A DNA stretch of 64,000 bases. Source: Leidyana gryllorum EB-2025a (lineage: Eukaryota; Protista; Apicomplexa). The notes under the pieces were generated by a model, which was not told where the DNA came from, did not search any database, and saw nothing but the letters and a program-made list of their open reading frames with translations. The position numbers were made by a program, and so were the translations under genes. The DNA lies in assembly GCA_048772705.1 (NCBI GenBank), contig JBLWGC010000133.1, positions 62,001 through 126,000 on the forward strand. Reading direction: 5' to 3'. Positions within the stretch are counted from its first letter, which is position 1; the number at the start of each line of letters is the position of its first letter. This document shows positions 59,456 through 64,000 of this stretch, one piece after another.

Positions 59456-62033
59456 ATGGCTCGTCGGAAAGCTGATGAGCTGGATGACGACCCCGACGCG
59501 AGTGACGGCAGAGTGAGTTTCGTACAGCGAGGCACCAAATGCTGCTTGAAACCCTCAGGGACCTCCCCAGAAGAAGAGGAAGAAGAAGGTCATAAGCTTC
59601 GTTGAGACTGAAGCTCAAGAAGACGAAGAGGGAGATTCTGAGGAGTACGAGGTGGACGGGGACGAAGATGGCTTTGTGTTGGACCACGACGAGGCAGAAG
59701 AGGCCCGTGAACTCGAGTTGGCTCAGAGAAGAAGGGCCGAGGATCGCATGAATAACCAACAGAGACGAGGTGGCGCTGGCCACTTTGCCACCAAAATCGG
59801 AGATTTGGAACGACGGTACCAGGACGAGGAGTATGACGCTGGTGAATTCGAGGAGGCCGTCGATGAAGGAGGAGACGGAGAGGTCGAGGGAGACGATGGA
59901 AACTATTACGAGGGCGGCTTGGAAGACGATTTAACTCGGATGCTGCCCAACGTGGGCGCCTGGAAGCTCTGGAAAGTCCCCACCATACGCCCGGGCGTTG
60001 AGAGGGAGACAGTTATCGCTATTTTGAAACGCTATGCGGAAACCCCCGAGGCGCAAAGAGCCACATTCCAAATCGGTTCGGCGTTCGCAAGTGACAATGT
60101 CAAAGGCGCTGTGTATGTTGAAGCCATCTCGCCTCTATATATCATCGACGCTCTCCGAGACATCAGAACCCTCGTTCTGGTCCGCAACCAAATCAAAATG
60201 GTCCCTATCAAAGAAATGACCGATGTCTTCAGGGTGGCGGGAACTGGCGAAGACTTCCCCCGCCGGGGAGAGTGGGCCAGATTCGCTCGCGGGCCCTATG
60301 CCGGGGACATATGTCTCGTTTCGGACGTGGATGAGTCCAGCCAGTCTGTCACTGTCCGTGTGGTGCCCCGTATCGACTTGGCTTACGAAGCCAAAGCCAT
60401 CCAAAAGGAGAACGAAGGACTGGAGAAGGTCCACGCGCCGCCCAAATCTCGACCTGCGCCCGGGTGTATCACTATCGCTGACCTCGAGGCACGCGGAATA
60501 GAGCCCGAGCGCGTCAATGATCTCGCAGAAGCGTTCAAATTCCGAAATTATGTCATTGAAGAGGCTACCGGGTACCTCTTCAAGACCACAAAGATTTCAC
60601 AACTGGTCACCGGAGAACGAGTCAAAGCAACGTCACTGGAAATCGAAGAGTTTATTGGAACAAGAGACCTCAACGAAATCATCACAGACTTCCAACTCAG
60701 CAACCGGGGTGTTGCAGATGCCGGCTTCGACGTCGGACAACGAGTTTGGATTATGAAGAAAGATCTCATGGGTATTAGTGGAGTCGTCAAAGCTAAAGAA
60801 GATGACCGTCTCGTCGTCCAACCGGAGGACTCGAGTCTGATGCCCATCACCATCGAACCCTCCTTTTGTGTCAAACGCTTCGACCGCGGCGAATCTGTCA
60901 AAGTCATCGCCGGACAGAACGAGGGCGACGTTGGACTCATCACCAAGTTGGAAGTTTCCAAGAATATCGCTCACGTACTCAGTACTGAGACACATAGACA
61001 GATCACTGTCAGTCTCGCTCATCTCGCCCCCATCCCCAATGACACTGTCACCCCCGTCGGGCTCACAAAGATCGACGGATACGCCATCGGTGACTTGGTT
61101 CAACTGGCTACCTCGCTGGAAGTCGGCGTCATAACAAAGATTCTCAAGACAAGGTGAGCTGCTGCAGCGCAGCGATCAACTCTCATAAAACAATGCTTCT
61201 CTCTCAGACGGATTGAAGTGCTCTGCAAAGATGGCACCATATCTTGCGATGTGTCTCAGCTGAGCGGCAAAAAGCAGCTCAAGTTGGCCCACGCGTTGGA
61301 CAGTCAAAACAACCAGTTCGGAACTGGCGAATCGGTCGAAATTCTGGAAGGCCCCTGTGCCAAGAAGACCGGAACCGTCAAGTATATATGGAAAGATACG
61401 GTATTCATACAGGTGAGTCGCATTGCCTCACTCACTCACTCAATTTATCGCATATGCCTTCTCTTTCGCAGATCCCCTCAGCTGTGACCTCAGCCGGTTT
61501 GGTCGTCTCGGAGGCCAACGCTCTGCGGTTGATGCAGGGAGACCGCGAAAAAGAGGCAGGAACCGGCGGAGGGGAGAACTTGGAGCTCGGGGCTCAACCC
61601 CGGCCGCAGAATGGCCAGAGCAACTTCCGCGGACGTGGTGGCTTTGCGGTAGGTGCCTTTCGGGCGGTATACGTAGTGATCGTGTGATCGTATTGGCGTA
61701 CGCAGGGTCGGGGTCAAATCAGCTTCCGGACGCAATTCAATCTGATGGGTAACCGTGTGAAGATTGTGGGCGGTCAGTATAAGGGAATGCTCGGAGAGCT
61801 CCGTGCAATTCACGGCCCTGATGCAGTGTAAGTGGGCGATTGAGGGACGACGACACTGATACTCTGTGTGATTTTGTTTTTGTAGGGTCCTGATATCAGC
61901 CCTGGGAAAGGAGGTCCCTTTGCCGCGCGTGCAGGTTACCCTTTGCGAAGGCGGGGGAGAGGGCGTGCAACGTTTCTTCCGTCCTTCTGGGGGTGGACGG
62001 GGACGCGGTCGGGGTCGTGGAGGCAACTTTTAG
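59456..62033 (+). CDS. SPT5: Transcription elongation factor Spt5 (acidic N-terminus, NGN, KOW domains), ending in an RGG tail
   Basis: FVETEAQED, LPNVGAWKLWKV, KGAVYVEA, WARFARGPYAGD, VPRID, FDRGESVKVIAG, VKIVGGQYKGMLG; stop TAG 62031-62033. Confidence 0.92.
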
Positions 62034-62678
62034 TCTGCTGGGGGCCTGTGGGAAGGGAAGAAGCGATCGGCAGCTATGACCAGACAGGCGCCGGTGAAGC
62101 TATAGAGGCAGACGCTGGAGAAAGCGTCAAAGTGCGCTGGACGATTGAGGCGCAGGATCCACAGAGCAACGAGTATAAGGAAGAGTAGACAGTGAAAAGT
62201 CCGACTAGGCGAATGCAGCGCGAGAACTCTCCGAACTCGCAACACATTCATGGTGAGAGACAACGAAGCTTCACTGCGTCCGGGCAGAGTTTGGTCGGGC
62301 GTGGGCTCATTAGGAGCTTCGGAAATGACGACATGAATAACAGAACCTTCCCGTATAGAATTATGAGTAGCCGTCATCCACGTCTGTTGAGGCGAGAGTA
62401 ATCGACCCCCCATGATAACTCGGATTGGTTTGCCTGAGTGAGTGAAAGAGAGAGAGTGTGAGTGAGAAGAGAGAGAAAAGTTGACCTCACACACTCACCC
62501 GCTCGAATCTCATCTTCGTACTGCTCCTTGAGACTCGATTTGATGGTTTGATTTGGGTCAATTTCAATGTCTACAGGCGAAATATGGGCTCCAACGACAC
62601 TGGGTAACCACTCCGTAACTCACCTTGACTCGTGCCACCCAGCTGTCCTGGCAAAGTGAGCAGAATCCGAATCCGCAT
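62030..62678 (-). CDS. Ubiquitin-like domain plus C-terminal TM protein (Dsc3/TMUB-like)
   Basis: MRIRILLTLPG...|DIEIDPNQTIKSSLKEQY...|KPIRVIMGGRLL...IREGSVIHVVIS, then two hydrophobic segments. Confidence 0.72.
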
Positions 62679-62699
62679 TCTGTATTGACTGAGAAAAAA

Positions 62700-64000
62700 A
62701 TGCGATGGCCACCAGAGGTTATAGAATCCTTCTGGAAAGTATGTTGTGGTGTAACTGATCTACGCCAAGCGAAGCTTCTCGAGGCCAAATTGAGGTGTGT
62801 GCCCGAACAGACACGGAGAGATTGACATTATTCTTTCGCAGGAAGGGCACAGGCACTGAGTATCTATTGGAGATCAACACATGTCACTGCTCTGGTGCCC
62901 AAGGCGACGATTGTGGCGGGGCGGCACATCACCACAAAGAGGGAGACGCCACGCATACTCACGGCGGCCGTAACTCTCTCGCGCCCTATTGTTTCCGCAA
63001 GAGCACCGGTGAGCAGCGAGCTGTCTGTCTGCGCGTGTCGAGACACTTTTTCGAATTAGATGACGAGTTGGGAGATTTGTTGCAGCGCTACACTCATCGT
63101 ACCATATTTATCCGAGACTATTTGGCCGAAGTCGCTGAAGTGGCAGCGGACACTTTCAATAAAGTCGTCAAACGGGCTGGGATCAGTGAGTGCCAATTTG
63201 ATCGACTTGAACACTTTGGAACACTAACACAGCGCAGCTGGAGAGATCAGAGAAGGCCTCTCTATCTCGAACCTGTTTGGAAAATGCCATCAGTCGAGTC
63301 ATCTCGCAGGCCATTCTCAAAGACGTGAGTTCCGGAAATTAGCGTCACGCCAACAAGGCTCTCCCTCTCTCTCTCTCTCTCTCCCTCACTCTCTCTCTCT
63401 CTCTCGCAGCGGCGCCAATCTCGCCAACACACTCAGCGAGACGGGGGTCTCGTGGCCTATGCCAGTAGTTATCCGAAAATGTATCCTGACTCCCCGTTTG
63501 TTGAGCTCGCATCGCTCAAGCCGGACCATATGGGAACGTTGATGAACAACGGTGTGGCCATTATCGACCATTGGCTCTCTCCCTCGGATGCGAACGCGTT
63601 GCGCGATAACTTTGATTGGCTCGAGATGAACAACGTCTATAACGATATGGTCAGACCACAGATATACTGAGAGCACAACAACGCACAGACACCGTTCTCT
63701 CCGGACCCTCATCGCACGGATCACTCTGCCTGGATCAACGGCGCGGAGATTGTCGAAAAAGTGCGGCTCCCCGTAAGCCACACTCTCGAAATCGTTTCTT
63801 TGTCACCCACCGGCGTCTCCCACCTGCAGGCCGTCAGACTGTTGCTGCAAAAGTTTGCAAGTTTGCCGTTTGAGCTCAATGCGAAGGCCAATCTCTCGCT
63901 GACTGTAAGTGGAGCCGCTGTCGGTGTGGAGCAAAGGATTGATTGTCGTCCTCAACAGATCAGCAACTCGGCACTGTTCAGCCTGTTCAGGAAGGAGGCC
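62700..64000 (+). CDS. 2OG-Fe(II) oxygenase, PHD/EGLN prolyl-hydroxylase-like; runs off the window end
   Basis: LMNNGVAIIDHWLS, spliced HRTDHSAWING, LLQKFASLPFELN; the catalytic HxD..H is not within the window. Confidence 0.6.
63360..63404. repeat. (CT)n microsatellite forming an intron polypyrimidine tract
   Basis: Direct sequence; ends at a CGCAG acceptor. Confidence 0.9.

Noticed and set aside
1-64000. Alternative genetic code, non-canonical introns, transposases, tRNA/rRNA genes
   Set aside because: All conserved genes that I traced reconstruct with the standard code and GT-AG introns; TAA, TAG and TGA all act as stops. No such elements were recognised by eye.

Overview
This is gene-dense eukaryotic nuclear DNA, not prokaryotic. 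I reconstruct about 30 protein-coding genes, most interrupted by short canonical GT-AG introns (mostly 35-55 nt), which is why the ORF track is fragmented. The Dcp2 Box A and profilin sequences look apicomplexan, so a compact, gregarine-like apicomplexan or related alveolate is likely (inference). Recognisable genes: DCP2, an ankyrin protein, CENP-C, an amino-acid transporter, VPS35, DAG kinase, an F-box protein, a divergent profilin, VPS34, DBP5/DDX19, a DMT/SLC35-type transporter, two ubiquitin-like proteins, anoctamin, an Na+/H+ exchanger, p23, TBCC, adrenodoxin reductase, MIP18/CIA2, V-ATPase C, an NSUN methyltransferase, SEC11, SPT5 and a PHD-like 2OG oxygenase. The most striking feature is the gene architecture once splicing is reconstructed. 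A run of 10 co-oriented genes (47134-59432) has gaps of only 11-26 nt at five junctions and a bacterial-style ATGA stop/start overlap (SEC11/NSUN). Three convergent junctions have spacings of +1, +1 and -4 nt, and three divergent ATG pairs are only 10-23 nt apart. This points to overlapping or polycistronic transcription and possibly translational coupling. Other candidates: a catalytically dead metacaspase-like protein, a DFRxxL/LRKT actin-binding-motif protein, an H4-tail-like N-terminus on a giant disordered protein, a CTR-less Spt5 and a recurring intronic palindrome CACACACGTGTGTG. I saw no tRNA, rRNA, CRISPR array or transposase. All gene models were spliced by hand and need transcript confirmation.
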